Part shown: positions 26,265 through 34,569 of the stretch, one piece after another | How the letters are laid out: the number at the start of each line of letters is the position of its first letter | Position numbering within the stretch: position 1 is the stretch's first letter | Origin: a virus | Taxonomy: Duplodnaviria > Caudoviricetes | Length of the DNA stretch: 62,773 nucleotides | Direction: 5' to 3' (one strand) | IMG/VR virus record: IMGVR_UViG_3300011921_000007 | Coordinates: 1 to 62,773 of that record | Made by a program: the position numbers and the translations under genes | Notes under the pieces: generated by a model | The model's input: the letters and a program-made list of their open reading frames with translations, nothing else | Told to the model about the DNA's origin: nothing | The model's database searches: none

Positions 26265-26462
26265 ATGGATTCAAACTTATTTGATGTTCTTCTTAAAGAG
26301 TACAGGGACCGTATGGCCATGCTTACAGATGCAATGGCACGCGGTAGTTGCGCTTCATTTGAGGAATACAAGTACACAAGCGGTCAGTTACGAGGACTTG
26401 AAGCCGCCTGTTCCATAATTACAGACCTCAAAAAACGATTGGAAAACGCAGATGACGAGTAA
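26265..26462 (+). CDS. Small head-module protein
   Basis: EEYKY..GQLRGL pattern between portal and GroES. Confidence 0.7.
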   Translation: MDSNLFDVLLKEYRDRMAMLTDAMARGSCASFEEYKYTSGQLRGLEAACSIITDLKKRLENADDE

Positions 26463-26910
26463 CATAAATTTAGCTCAAGCACTAGATTTATCAAAACTGG
26501 CCGAAAACGCCAAAAAAGAAGCACAAGAAGAAGCAGAAATACGAGCAATCGTAGGTGACGCAACAGATGTAGAAAAGGCAGCTCAAGTGCCACGACCCTC
26601 AGGCTACCATATCCTATGCGCTATTCCGGCAAAAGATAAGGAATACGACAGCGGGATTGTTAAAGCAGATGAGACACTTAGAATGGAAGAAGCATTGACC
26701 ACAGTATTATTCGTGGTTGCTTTAGGCCCAGATTGCTATAAGGATGAAAAACGATTCCCTAGCGGTCCGTGGTGTAAAGAAGGCGACTTTGTTTTGGTGC
26801 GCCCACACTCTGGTAGTAGGTTGGTAATTCACGGTCGTGAATTCCGTTTAATCAATGATGATACTGTTGAAGCCGTTGTAGACGAGCCACGCGGTATTAT
26901 TCGCAAATAA
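26452..26910 (+). CDS. groES: GroES-like co-chaperonin
   Basis: P.GYHIL...SGIV...VVALGPD...WCKEGDFV...RLINDD.V.AVV. Confidence 0.85.
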   Translation: MTSNINLAQALDLSKLAENAKKEAQEEAEIRAIVGDATDVEKAAQVPRPSGYHILCAIPAKDKEYDSGIVKADETLRMEEALTTVLFVVALGPDCYKDEKRFPSGPWCKEGDFVLVRPHSGSRLVIHGREFRLINDDTVEAVVDEPRGIIRK

Positions 26911-26920
26911 GGAGGACAAG

Positions 26921-27871
26921 ATGCCTGAATTTGACAAAGAAGAATTTACATTTCCCGATGAGCAAGTTGAAAAGGAAAGTGCGTCAGAAGTAGAATTTGA
27001 AATAGTAGACGACACGCCTGAAGAAGACCGCAATCGTGAACCTATGCCGAAAGCCATCGTGGAGGAGTTAGAGCAAGACGACCTATCCAAGTACGATGAA
27101 GCGACTAAGCAAAAACTTAAACAAATGCGTAAGGTATGGCATGATGAACGTCGCGCCAAGGAGTCTGCATACAGGGAGCAGCAAGAAGCCGTTGAGCTTG
27201 CACGCCGTGTTGTAGAAGAGAACCGACGCCTAAAACACACATTAGCTTCTGGTGAGAAGGAGTTCGTATCATCCATCCAAGCAACAGCCAACTTAGAACT
27301 TGAAATGGCTAAGCGTGCTTACAAAGATGCGTACGACAATGGTGACAGTGACCGCTTGGTCGAAGCCCAACAAGCTATGCAAGAAGCAAGCATTAAGATT
27401 GCACAAGCTAAGAGCTTTAAGTTACCCCCTTTACAAGACAATGATAATGATGTACAAAGTCATCAAGAACAGTATCGACAACCCGCGGCAACTCAGCCGG
27501 ACGCTCGAGCGCAATCATGGCGAGATAAAAATGATTGGTTTGGAGCAGACGAAGAGATGACCGCTGCAGCGTTAGGTTTACATGAAAAACTTAAACGTAA
27601 TGGTGTCGTTGTTGGTTCTGATGATTACTATTCTACGTTGGACAAAACAATGCGGAAGAGATTTTCTGAGTATTTTGAGGATTCTGAACCAGAGGATTCA
27701 AAAAGCAAAGTGGAAAGTACTCCTACAAAATTGAGTACTGTTGTTGCTCCAGCTACGCGTAGTACGTCTTCAAACAAGATTAAACTAACGCAAAGGCAAG
27801 CTGCCCTAGCTAAAAAGATAGGCATCACTAACGAGCAATACGCAATTGCAATGAGAAAACTGGAGGCATAA
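26921..27871 (+). CDS. Capsid scaffolding protein
   Basis: Acidic N-terminus, coiled coil, N.WFG, C-terminal KLT..Q..LAKK.G...EQYA. Confidence 0.75.
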   Translation: MPEFDKEEFTFPDEQVEKESASEVEFEIVDDTPEEDRNREPMPKAIVEELEQDDLSKYDEATKQKLKQMRKVWHDERRAKESAYREQQEAVELARRVVEENRRLKHTLASGEKEFVSSIQATANLELEMAKRAYKDAYDNGDSDRLVEAQQAMQEASIKIAQAKSFKLPPLQDNDNDVQSHQEQYRQPAATQPDARAQSWRDKNDWFGADEEMTAAALGLHEKLKRNGVVVGSDDYYSTLDKTMRKRFSEYFEDSEPEDSKSKVESTPTKLSTVVAPATRSTSSNKIKLTQRQAALAKKIGITNEQYAIAMRKLEA

Positions 27872-27872
27872 T

Positions 27873-28322
27873 ATGACCGATACAAGAATCACTCGTAATA
27901 TAGATACTCGCGCAGTAACAGAACGTCCTAAACAGTGGCAGCAACCCGAACTATTGCCAGAGCCCGATAAGCAAGAAGGTTATTCTTATCGCTGGATTCG
28001 AGTCGCTACGTTAAACGCTGCGGACCCACGCAACTTATCTGCCAAGCTCAGAGAAGGTTGGGAAGCCGTTAAGCTAGAAGAACAACCACAGTTAGCAGTA
28101 TTGGCCGACCCCGATAGTCGTTACAAAGACAACATCGAAATCGGTGGATTATTACTATGCAAGACTCCAAGTGAGTTTGTACAACAACGAAATGAGCATT
28201 TCGACAACTTGTCCAAATCACAAACCGAGTCTGTAGATAATAACATAATGCGTCAAAGCGATGCCCGTATGCCTATGTTCTCTGAGCGTAAGTCAACGAC
28301 ATCATTTGGCAAAGGTAATTAA
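27873..28322 (+). CDS. Head-module protein
   Basis: GYSYRWIR...EGWE...GGLLLCK. Confidence 0.7.
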   Translation: MTDTRITRNIDTRAVTERPKQWQQPELLPEPDKQEGYSYRWIRVATLNAADPRNLSAKLREGWEAVKLEEQPQLAVLADPDSRYKDNIEIGGLLLCKTPSEFVQQRNEHFDNLSKSQTESVDNNIMRQSDARMPMFSERKSTTSFGKGN

Positions 28323-28350
28323 TTTAATTTAATTTTATTAGGAGTAATCT

Positions 28351-28941
28351 ATGGCTTATCCAACCGTATCCGCTCCCTATGGCTTTAAACCGATTAACCG
28401 TTTAGATGGCTTACCATACGCAGGTGCTGTTCGTCAGTACCCTGTAACATCAGGTCAAGCAATCTACAATGGTCAACCAGTTCAATTAGTTATAGGCGGC
28501 ACAGTATCAGCAGACGCTGATTTAACACAAGGCGCTATTCTTGGCGTTGCAGTGGGTGTTCAATACACAAACTCATCTGGTCAAACAGTACAAGCGCAAT
28601 ACGCACCAGCTTCAGGCGTAACTAACGTTATCGCTTATGTTGTTGATGACCCATTTGCGTTATACAAAGTGGCTCTTACAGGTAACAACTCAACCATTAC
28701 AGCTGCAGGCAAAAACATCGTCGGCACAAACGTAACAGGTATCGTTGGTACTCCTGATGCAAATACTGGTAACGCGACTTCATCTATATTTGGTGGTTCA
28801 GCTGCTGTTACAGCAACTTTCCCATTCCGTGTAGTAAGCGTAGTTCCAGAGACAGCGACAGGTGCAGATGCATTCGTAGAGTGTATTGTTAAACTTAACT
28901 TGTCACAACTTCTATCAACCACTGGCTTAGCTGCCGCTTAA
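28351..28941 (+). CDS. Capsid decoration/cement protein
   Basis: APYGFKP start, beta-rich, precedes MCP. Confidence 0.65.
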   Translation: MAYPTVSAPYGFKPINRLDGLPYAGAVRQYPVTSGQAIYNGQPVQLVIGGTVSADADLTQGAILGVAVGVQYTNSSGQTVQAQYAPASGVTNVIAYVVDDPFALYKVALTGNNSTITAAGKNIVGTNVTGIVGTPDANTGNATSSIFGGSAAVTATFPFRVVSVVPETATGADAFVECIVKLNLSQLLSTTGLAAA

Positions 28942-28956
28942 TTAAGGAGATAATAT

Positions 28957-29865
28957 ATGGCTATTTCACGCGCACAGCTCCTTAAAGAGCTACTACCAGG
29001 TCTTAATGCATTATTCGGTTTAGAGTATGCACGATATGGTGAAGAACACACTGAAATCTACGAAACAGAGACTTCAGAGCGTTCATTCGAAGAAGAAACA
29101 AAATTGTCTGGCTTCTCAGCTGCACCTGTTAAAAACGAGGGCTCTGCCATCGCTTACGACAATGCTCAAGAGGCATGGACTGCTCGATACAACCACGAAA
29201 CAATCGCTTATGGCTTCAGCTTAACTGAAGAAGCTATCGAAGATAACTTGTATGACTCATTGTCTGCTCGTTATACTAAAGCATTGGCTCGTGCTATGGC
29301 TTACACGAAACAAGTGAAAGCTGCAGCTGTATTGAACAACGGCTTTAACGCTTCATACGTAGGTGGTGACGGTACTTCATTGTTCTCAACTACCCACAAC
29401 TTAGTGTCTGGTGGCACCAACAGTAACCGCCCAGCAGTTGCAGCGGACTTGAACGAAACTTCATTGGAAAATGCAGTTATTCAAATCGCAGCTTGGACTG
29501 ACGAACGTGGTCTATTGATTGCAGCTAAACCTAAGAAACTTATCGTTCCACCAGCATTGCAATTCGTTGCAACACGTTTGTTGGAAACTAAGTTACGCGT
29601 AGGTACTGCTGACAATGACATCAACGCCATTGAAAACAACGGTTCAATCCCAGAAGGTTACACAATTAACCACTTCTTGACCGACAACAATGCTTGGTTC
29701 TTGACTACAGACGTGCCAAACGGTATGAAACACTTTGTTCGTACGCCATTGCAAAATAGCATGGACGGTGATTTCGATACAGGTAACGTACGTTACAAAT
29801 CTCGTGAGCGTTATAGCTTCGGTTATTCTGACCCACTAGGTATGTACGGTTCTCCAGGCGCTTAA
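28957..29865 (+). CDS. Major capsid protein
   Basis: MAISRAQLLKELLPGLNALFG...K.EG.AI.YD...RERYSFG.SD; strong codon bias; followed by terminator. Confidence 0.9.
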   Translation: MAISRAQLLKELLPGLNALFGLEYARYGEEHTEIYETETSERSFEEETKLSGFSAAPVKNEGSAIAYDNAQEAWTARYNHETIAYGFSLTEEAIEDNLYDSLSARYTKALARAMAYTKQVKAAAVLNNGFNASYVGGDGTSLFSTTHNLVSGGTNSNRPAVAADLNETSLENAVIQIAAWTDERGLLIAAKPKKLIVPPALQFVATRLLETKLRVGTADNDINAIENNGSIPEGYTINHFLTDNNAWFLTTDVPNGMKHFVRTPLQNSMDGDFDTGNVRYKSRERYSFGYSDPLGMYGSPGA

Positions 29866-29887
29866 TTTGGCTTGGTAGTGTTATCCC

Positions 29888-29941
29888 CCTGATGGTTTCG
29901 ACTGTCAGGTGCAAGGGCCCTTCGGGGCCCTTTGCTTTTTT
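29888..29941 (+). terminator. Tandem UUCG hairpins, second one an intrinsic terminator
   Basis: CCTGATGGT-TTCG-ACTGTCAGG then AAGGGCCC-TTCG-GGGCCCTT-TGCTTTTTT. Confidence 0.85.
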
Positions 29942-29955
29942 AATGGTTTTCCGTA

Positions 29956-29983
29956 TTGCAACGTGTTTATAAAAGCGCAGAAT
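29956..29983 (+). promoter_or_regulatory. Putative pqqA promoter
   Basis: TTGCAA-16 nt-CAGAAT followed by hairpin TGTGCACA-TCGA-TGTGTACA (29991-30010). Confidence 0.45.
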
Positions 29984-30035
29984 GTGTACATGTGCACATC
30001 GATGTGTACACTCAATCGACTTAAGGAGATATACT

Positions 30036-30107
30036 ATGTGGACAACACCAGCAGCTACTGAAATGCGTTTTGGCTTTGAAGTTACTATGTACGTAATGAA
30101 TAAATAA
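30036..30107 (+). CDS. pqqA: Coenzyme PQQ precursor peptide PqqA (23 aa)
   Basis: MWTTPAATEMRFGFEVTMYVMNK with ExxxY; RBS TAAGGAG; below ORF-track size cutoff. Confidence 0.95.
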   Translation: MWTTPAATEMRFGFEVTMYVMNK

Positions 30108-30226
30108 GGTATAATAAATGTAATACGCACAACACCTCTGCGAAAGTACGTGTTGTCTATTATACCCCGCACGCCTATGCCGCCCTCATTCATCCGAGCA
30201 AGCGCCACGCGCAACCTTGCGGGGTT

Positions 30227-30598
30227 TTATTTTTCTGTGAGTTGACCTGACTTAAGTTGCCGTTCTTCGTGGTGATGTTTACGATGGCAGTTGGCGCATA
30301 GGACTATGCATTTGGCTTCTATTTCTTCACGGGCTATTTTATAAGCTCCGTTCTGTACTAATTCACTTATCTTTCTGTTGGCTGGGTCGGGTACTACGTG
30401 GTGGAAGTCTAATGCTGATGGGTGGTTTTCACCACAGTTGGCGCAAGCAAGTGTTGCTTTAAATGCTTCCCATTGAATGCGTTTCTTTATCTTTCCTAAT
30501 CGAACACGCTCAATCTGTGCGGGCTTGTTGCCTTCATAATGTTTCTTCGAATATAACTTTGCTTTTGCCTTGCGAACTGCGGGGTCTTTGTATGGCAT
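30227..30598 (-). CDS. HNH endonuclease, antisense in structural arm
   Basis: MPYKD..., CANCG...LDFHH...KCIVLCANCHR; start moved to ATG 30598. Confidence 0.85.
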   Translation of the reverse strand: MPYKDPAVRKAKAKLYSKKHYEGNKPAQIERVRLGKIKKRIQWEAFKATLACANCGENHPSALDFHHVVPDPANRKISELVQNGAYKIAREEIEAKCIVLCANCHRKHHHEERQLKSGQLTEK

Positions 30599-30616
30599 AG
30601 TTAACCTAATAAAACA

Positions 30617-30645
30617 TTGACATACGAACAATAACATAGTATAAA
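30617..30645 (+). promoter_or_regulatory. Sigma70-type promoter
   Basis: TTGACA-17 nt-TATAAA. Confidence 0.75.
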
Positions 30646-30656
30646 TCAGTTATCAA

Positions 30657-30729
30657 CCGGGAAAAATCCGGCCTACTAGACTGTCCCGGCAGACGCATAC
30701 AAGACTATTAGGCTTTACTTTGTATGGAG
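30657..30729 (+). ncRNA. Candidate pseudoknotted 5' leader RNA
   Basis: Three interleaved helices: CCGGGA/TCCCGG, GCCTA-c-TAG/CTA-t-TAGGC, CATACAA/TTGTATG (last touches GGAG). Confidence 0.55.
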
Positions 30730-30737
30730 ATATTCAC

Positions 30738-31193
30738 ATGGCTAACACCACATTCAGCGGCCCAATACGTGCCGGTAACATCGCTAACACAACAGGTACC
30801 ACATTAGGTACTAACGTTGCCAACATCGGCCAAGTAGTAATGGCACAATCATCACCAATCACACAAGCTTCAGCTGCAACAACTATCGTAATCCCAGCAA
30901 ACAGCCAAATCGTTGAAATCAACGTATGGGTTTCAGCTGTATGGTCAGGCGTAGCAACTACATTTGGTGTAGGTACAACAGTATTGGCTACTAGATTCAC
31001 AGCCGCAGGTGCAGTTGATGGCGCAGCAATTGGTGTGTTGTCAGTTACTCCAGGTACAGATGCTACACGTACAGGCGCTTTCATTGATGTAGGTACTACA
31101 GACGTTAAGATTGCTGTTACTTCTACAAACACAGGTACAGGCGCTGGTGTAATCACCGTTCGTTACGTTCAAGCTAATAACTTAACTGCTTAA
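30738..31193 (+). CDS. Virion structural protein (minor capsid-like)
   Basis: MANTTFSGPIRAG...IPANSQI; start moved to ATG 30738 (GGAG). Confidence 0.75.
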   Translation: MANTTFSGPIRAGNIANTTGTTLGTNVANIGQVVMAQSSPITQASAATTIVIPANSQIVEINVWVSAVWSGVATTFGVGTTVLATRFTAAGAVDGAAIGVLSVTPGTDATRTGAFIDVGTTDVKIAVTSTNTGTGAGVITVRYVQANNLTA

Positions 31194-31201
31194 TTAATCT
31201 A

Positions 31202-31221
31202 GGGGCTTCGGCCCCGCTTTC
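31202..31221 (+). terminator. Short UUCG hairpin / weak terminator
   Basis: GGGGC-TTCG-GCCCC-GCTTT. Confidence 0.55.
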
Positions 31222-31239
31222 AATCTAAGGAGATTAATT

Positions 31240-31716
31240 ATGGCAATGCAATATGATGTAAAATCAAAACATGCTTCCTCAAGCGGCCTTATGGTTAATG
31301 GTAGGACTAGAGTAAAGGGCGCAGTAGTATTTCCTTTTACTGGTGCAACAGGGTACATTGCGTTTGTAGATAACGTAAGCATCACAGGCACATACGCAAG
31401 GTCAACGACAACTGCTACCATCACAGCTGTAAATCATGGATTATCGGTTGGCGACTGGACCTATTTAGACTGGGACTTAACTGATAACCCATACCAAGTC
31501 CAAACAGTTGCGGATGCAAATACATTTACAGTAACGGTTGCAAATAGTGGCGGAACTAGCGGAGCAGTTGTTGTTTACAACGACGTTCTGTTACAAGCCG
31601 ACGCATCTGACCCTATCCCATACAATATTGTTGTTCCAGGTGAAGGTATTCTTGCGCATGTCGGTATTAGAGTGTTTCTTCCCGCTAATATGCATACAAC
31701 ACTATTCTACGGCTAA
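31240..31716 (+). CDS. Virion protein with inserted beta-sandwich
   Basis: MQYDVKS...PGEGIL...FYG frame interrupted by TITAVNHGLSVGD...NTFTVT module. Confidence 0.7.
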   Translation: MAMQYDVKSKHASSSGLMVNGRTRVKGAVVFPFTGATGYIAFVDNVSITGTYARSTTTATITAVNHGLSVGDWTYLDWDLTDNPYQVQTVADANTFTVTVANSGGTSGAVVVYNDVLLQADASDPIPYNIVVPGEGILAHVGIRVFLPANMHTTLFYG

Positions 31717-31724
31717 GGTGACCT

Positions 31725-31952
31725 ATGAGCGTAGAACGAGAGCTAGCGGTGCATGAAACTGAGATTAAACATCTACAAGCTGATATGGATAAGCTGGTCC
31801 AGGACATGGAATCAGTTAAAACAATGCTTAACGATATTAACACAACCCTTGCGGAAGCTCGTGGGGGCTGGAGAGTCTTAATGATGGTGGGGGGTGCCGG
31901 TGGAGCTCTTGGCGCTGTAGTTACTCAATTTGCACATAAAGTATTTGGATAG
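31725..31952 (+). CDS. Coiled-coil + TM protein (holin/XhlA-like)
   Basis: LAVHE coiled coil, GGW and C-terminal hydrophobic helix. Confidence 0.6.
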   Translation: MSVERELAVHETEIKHLQADMDKLVQDMESVKTMLNDINTTLAEARGGWRVLMMVGGAGGALGAVVTQFAHKVFG

Positions 31953-31960
31953 GAGCTAAC

Positions 31961-32089
31961 ATGATAGTAAACGAAAATGGACAGGGTGGCAAAAAAGAGC
32001 CTAAGAAAGAAACTAAAGAAGTAAAAGCAAAAGAAGACAAACAGTCTTTCTTCTCTGTGAAAGCTAAGAAAAATGCCGAGCAAGAGTAA
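31961..32089 (+). CDS. Small Lys/Glu-rich peptide (42 aa)
   Basis: Not in track; AGGAG RBS; MIVNENGQGGKKEPKKETK... Confidence 0.5.
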   Translation: MIVNENGQGGKKEPKKETKEVKAKEDKQSFFSVKAKKNAEQE

Positions 32090-32456
32090 ACCACAAGCAA
32101 AACTAATGGCAGCTGCGGCGCATAATCCTAAATTCGCTAAGAAGGTAGGTATCCCCACTAAAGTAGCCAAAGAGTTTAATGATGCTGACAAGGGCAAGAC
32201 TTTTAAAAAAGGCGGTGTATCATTAGCCGTTGGTCGTGGTGAGAAACTAGCTACCGATAAAGGTGCTGGACTTACAGCCAAAGGTCGTGCAAAGTATAAC
32301 GCAGCAACAGGGTCTAACTTAAAAGCCCCTCAGCCAGAAGGTGGCCCACGTAAGAAATCGTTTTGTGCCCGTATGTCAGGTATGCCAGGCCCAATGAAAG
32401 ACGAGAATGGCAAACCTACTCGTAAAGCAGCGTCATTAAGACGTTGGAAATGTTAA
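32073..32456 (+). CDS. Basic protein (DUF6321-like C-terminus)
   Basis: MPSKSKPQAKLMAAAAHNP + FKKGG + KSFCARM...SLRRWKC. Confidence 0.7.
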   Translation: MPSKSKPQAKLMAAAAHNPKFAKKVGIPTKVAKEFNDADKGKTFKKGGVSLAVGRGEKLATDKGAGLTAKGRAKYNAATGSNLKAPQPEGGPRKKSFCARMSGMPGPMKDENGKPTRKAASLRRWKC

Positions 32457-32469
32457 TAAAGGAATCATT

Positions 32470-32685
32470 ATGAAACACGAAGACATTAAGATGGACAAAA
32501 AGATGGCTAAAAAAGCTATCGGCATGCATGAGTCACAACTACACGGTGGTAAAAAGTCAGACCTAACTAAACTTAAATCTGGCGGTTCAGCTTCAGCCCG
32601 TGCAGATGGTTGTGCTACTAAAGGTAAGACAAAAGGTAAGATGATTGCCATGTGTGGTGGCGGTATGTATAAAAAGGGTAAATAA
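32470..32685 (+). CDS. Small basic protein
   Basis: LKSGGSASARADGCATKGKTKGKMI. Confidence 0.7.
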   Translation: MKHEDIKMDKKMAKKAIGMHESQLHGGKKSDLTKLKSGGSASARADGCATKGKTKGKMIAMCGGGMYKKGK

Positions 32686-32687
32686 TT

Positions 32688-32960
32688 ATGGCTAAGAAAA
32701 TAGAAGCATGGGAAGCAGAAGTAGACAACGGGTCTGCAACACCAACACCCCCAAAAAAATCTGCACCTCCGCCACCCCCTCCAGCTCCAAAGGCTAAGGT
32801 TAAACCTAAACAAAAAACATATCCTATTGGGCAAACTGAAGACGACATGAGCATTAACATGAAAAGCGGCGGTTGCGCTAAGATGTCTAAAGGTGGTTCA
32901 GCTTCTAGTCGTGCTGATGGTTGCGCTCAACGTGGTAAAACACGCGGTAAGATGGTGTAA
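32688..32960 (+). CDS. Small basic Pro-rich protein
   Basis: MSKGGSASSRADGCAQRGKTRGKMV, paralogous tail to 32470. Confidence 0.7.
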   Translation: MAKKIEAWEAEVDNGSATPTPPKKSAPPPPPPAPKAKVKPKQKTYPIGQTEDDMSINMKSGGCAKMSKGGSASSRADGCAQRGKTRGKMV

Positions 32961-32962
32961 TC

Positions 32963-33262
32963 ATGAGACCGTCTCGTGGTATGGGTGATATAGCCCCAAG
33001 CAAAATGCCTAAGAAAAAGATTATCACCCGCAAGGATGACCCTAATAAGGTTGAGCTGTTTAAAGAGGGTGGTAAAGTGGGCCTTCCTGCGAGTAAAAAT
33101 GTCAACGCTGCTGGTAACTACACAAAGCCTGAACTAAGGAAGCGTATAGTATCGCAAGTTAAGTCAGCTGCAACACACGGTACAGGCGCAGGTCAATGGT
33201 CAGCTCGTAAGGCACAGCTAGTAGCTAAGAAGTATAAAGCCGCAGGTGGTGGTTATAAGTGA
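32963..33262 (+). CDS. Basic protein (DUF5872-like)
   Basis: MRPSRGMG...FKEGG...NYTKPELR...GQWSARKAQ...GGGY. Confidence 0.7.
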   Translation: MRPSRGMGDIAPSKMPKKKIITRKDDPNKVELFKEGGKVGLPASKNVNAAGNYTKPELRKRIVSQVKSAATHGTGAGQWSARKAQLVAKKYKAAGGGYK

Positions 33263-33510
33263 GTGCGTTAGCTAAAAGCCAAAAGTCTTTAAAAGCTTGG
33301 GGCGACCAGAAATGGACAACCAAGTCCGGTAAGAAATCATCTGAAACAGGTGAGCGTTACTTGCCAGAGAAAGCAATAAAGGCATTGACCCCTGCAGAGT
33401 ATGCAGCGACAACCAAAGCGAAGCGTAAAGGCAAAGCAAGCGGCAAGCAGTTCGTAGCCCAGCCTGATAAGATTAAAAGCAAAGTTAAGCCATATAGGAA
33501 GGTAACATAA
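33259..33510 (+). CDS. Basic protein
   Basis: SQKSLKAW.DQKW.T...ERYLP; overlapping junctions. Confidence 0.7.
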   Translation: MSALAKSQKSLKAWGDQKWTTKSGKKSSETGERYLPEKAIKALTPAEYAATTKAKRKGKASGKQFVAQPDKIKSKVKPYRKVT

Positions 33511-33632
33511 TGCATCTGTTCAGTGTTGGAATGATATGCGGGTTCGCAATAGGTGTCCAATACGAACTAATCGAAAACGATAATTATGTTATTATAAGTT
33601 TAGGCATAATTGACATAGTAATTATTTGGTAA
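33510..33632 (+). CDS. Small hydrophobic peptide (40 aa)
   Basis: Not in track; TAATG coupling, ends 6 nt before next gene. Confidence 0.45.
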   Translation: MHLFSVGMICGFAIGVQYELIENDNYVIISLGIIDIVIIW

Positions 33633-33638
33633 AAACAT

Positions 33639-34568
33639 ATGGCAACCACCGGTGTATCATCATTCAATTTAGACTTAAATGACCTCATAGAAGAGGCATT
33701 TGAGCGTTGTGGTAAAGAGCTTCGTACTGGTTACGACTTCCGCACCGCCCGTCGTAGCATCAACTTGATGACTATTGAGTGGGCCAACCGCGGCATCAAC
33801 CTATGGACTATTGAGCAGGGTCAAATCCCAATCAACATAAACGGCGGTCAGATTAGCTATCCATTGCCTATTGACACCATTGACTTGTTGGATACTGTTA
33901 TTCGTACTGGCTCAGCGCAAAACCAAACCGATATCAACATCAACCGCATATCCGAGACTACATACAGCACGATACCAAACAAGAATGCCACAGGCCGTCC
34001 TATTCAGGTGTGGATAGACCGTCAGTCAGGCAATGTAAATACGTCAGCTACAACCACACTGTCAGCCGCTATATCGGCAACAGACACAACCATTAACGTG
34101 GTAAATGCGGATAACTTAGCTACTCAAGGGTACATTAACATTGATTCAGAAACTATCCTGTATCAGAACGTGAGCGGTAACCAACTACTAAACTGCTACC
34201 GTGGACAAAACGGTACTACTGCAGCATCACATATAATCAGTTCAAGCGTAACGGTTACTAGACTACCTAACGTAAACATCTGGCCTACAGGCGTTTCCGG
34301 TACACAGTACACTCTTATCTACTACCGCCTACGTCGTTTAAACAATGCAGGCGACGGTGTTAACACACAGGACATTCCATTCCGCTTTATACCGTGTATG
34401 GTGGCTGGCTTAGCTTACTACCTGTCAATCAAACTTGAAGGGGTCCCATTAGACCGTATCATGGGTTTAAAAGCCGATTACGCTGAGCAGTTTGATTTAG
34501 CGGCACAAGAGGACCGTGAGAAAGCATCAATTCGTTTCGTGCCCCGCAACATGTCTTATACGAGGTAG
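33639..34568 (+). CDS. Head-tail adaptor protein with inserted domain
   Basis: IEEAFERCG...ARRS.NL...W.NRG.NLW...P.RF.PC..AGLAYY. Confidence 0.75.
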   Translation: MATTGVSSFNLDLNDLIEEAFERCGKELRTGYDFRTARRSINLMTIEWANRGINLWTIEQGQIPININGGQISYPLPIDTIDLLDTVIRTGSAQNQTDININRISETTYSTIPNKNATGRPIQVWIDRQSGNVNTSATTTLSAAISATDTTINVVNADNLATQGYINIDSETILYQNVSGNQLLNCYRGQNGTTAASHIISSSVTVTRLPNVNIWPTGVSGTQYTLIYYRLRRLNNAGDGVNTQDIPFRFIPCMVAGLAYYLSIKLEGVPLDRIMGLKADYAEQFDLAAQEDREKASIRFVPRNMSYTR

Positions 34569-34569
34569 T

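Noticed and set aside
29705-30214. 169-aa minus-strand ORF in the track
   Set aside because: Antisense shadow over the capsid 3' end, terminator and pqqA; no RBS or recognisable motif
30657-30729. HDV-like/theta ribozyme call for the leader RNA
   Set aside because: Too few nucleotides between P2 5' strand and P1 3' strand for P3/L3; no adjacent tRNA
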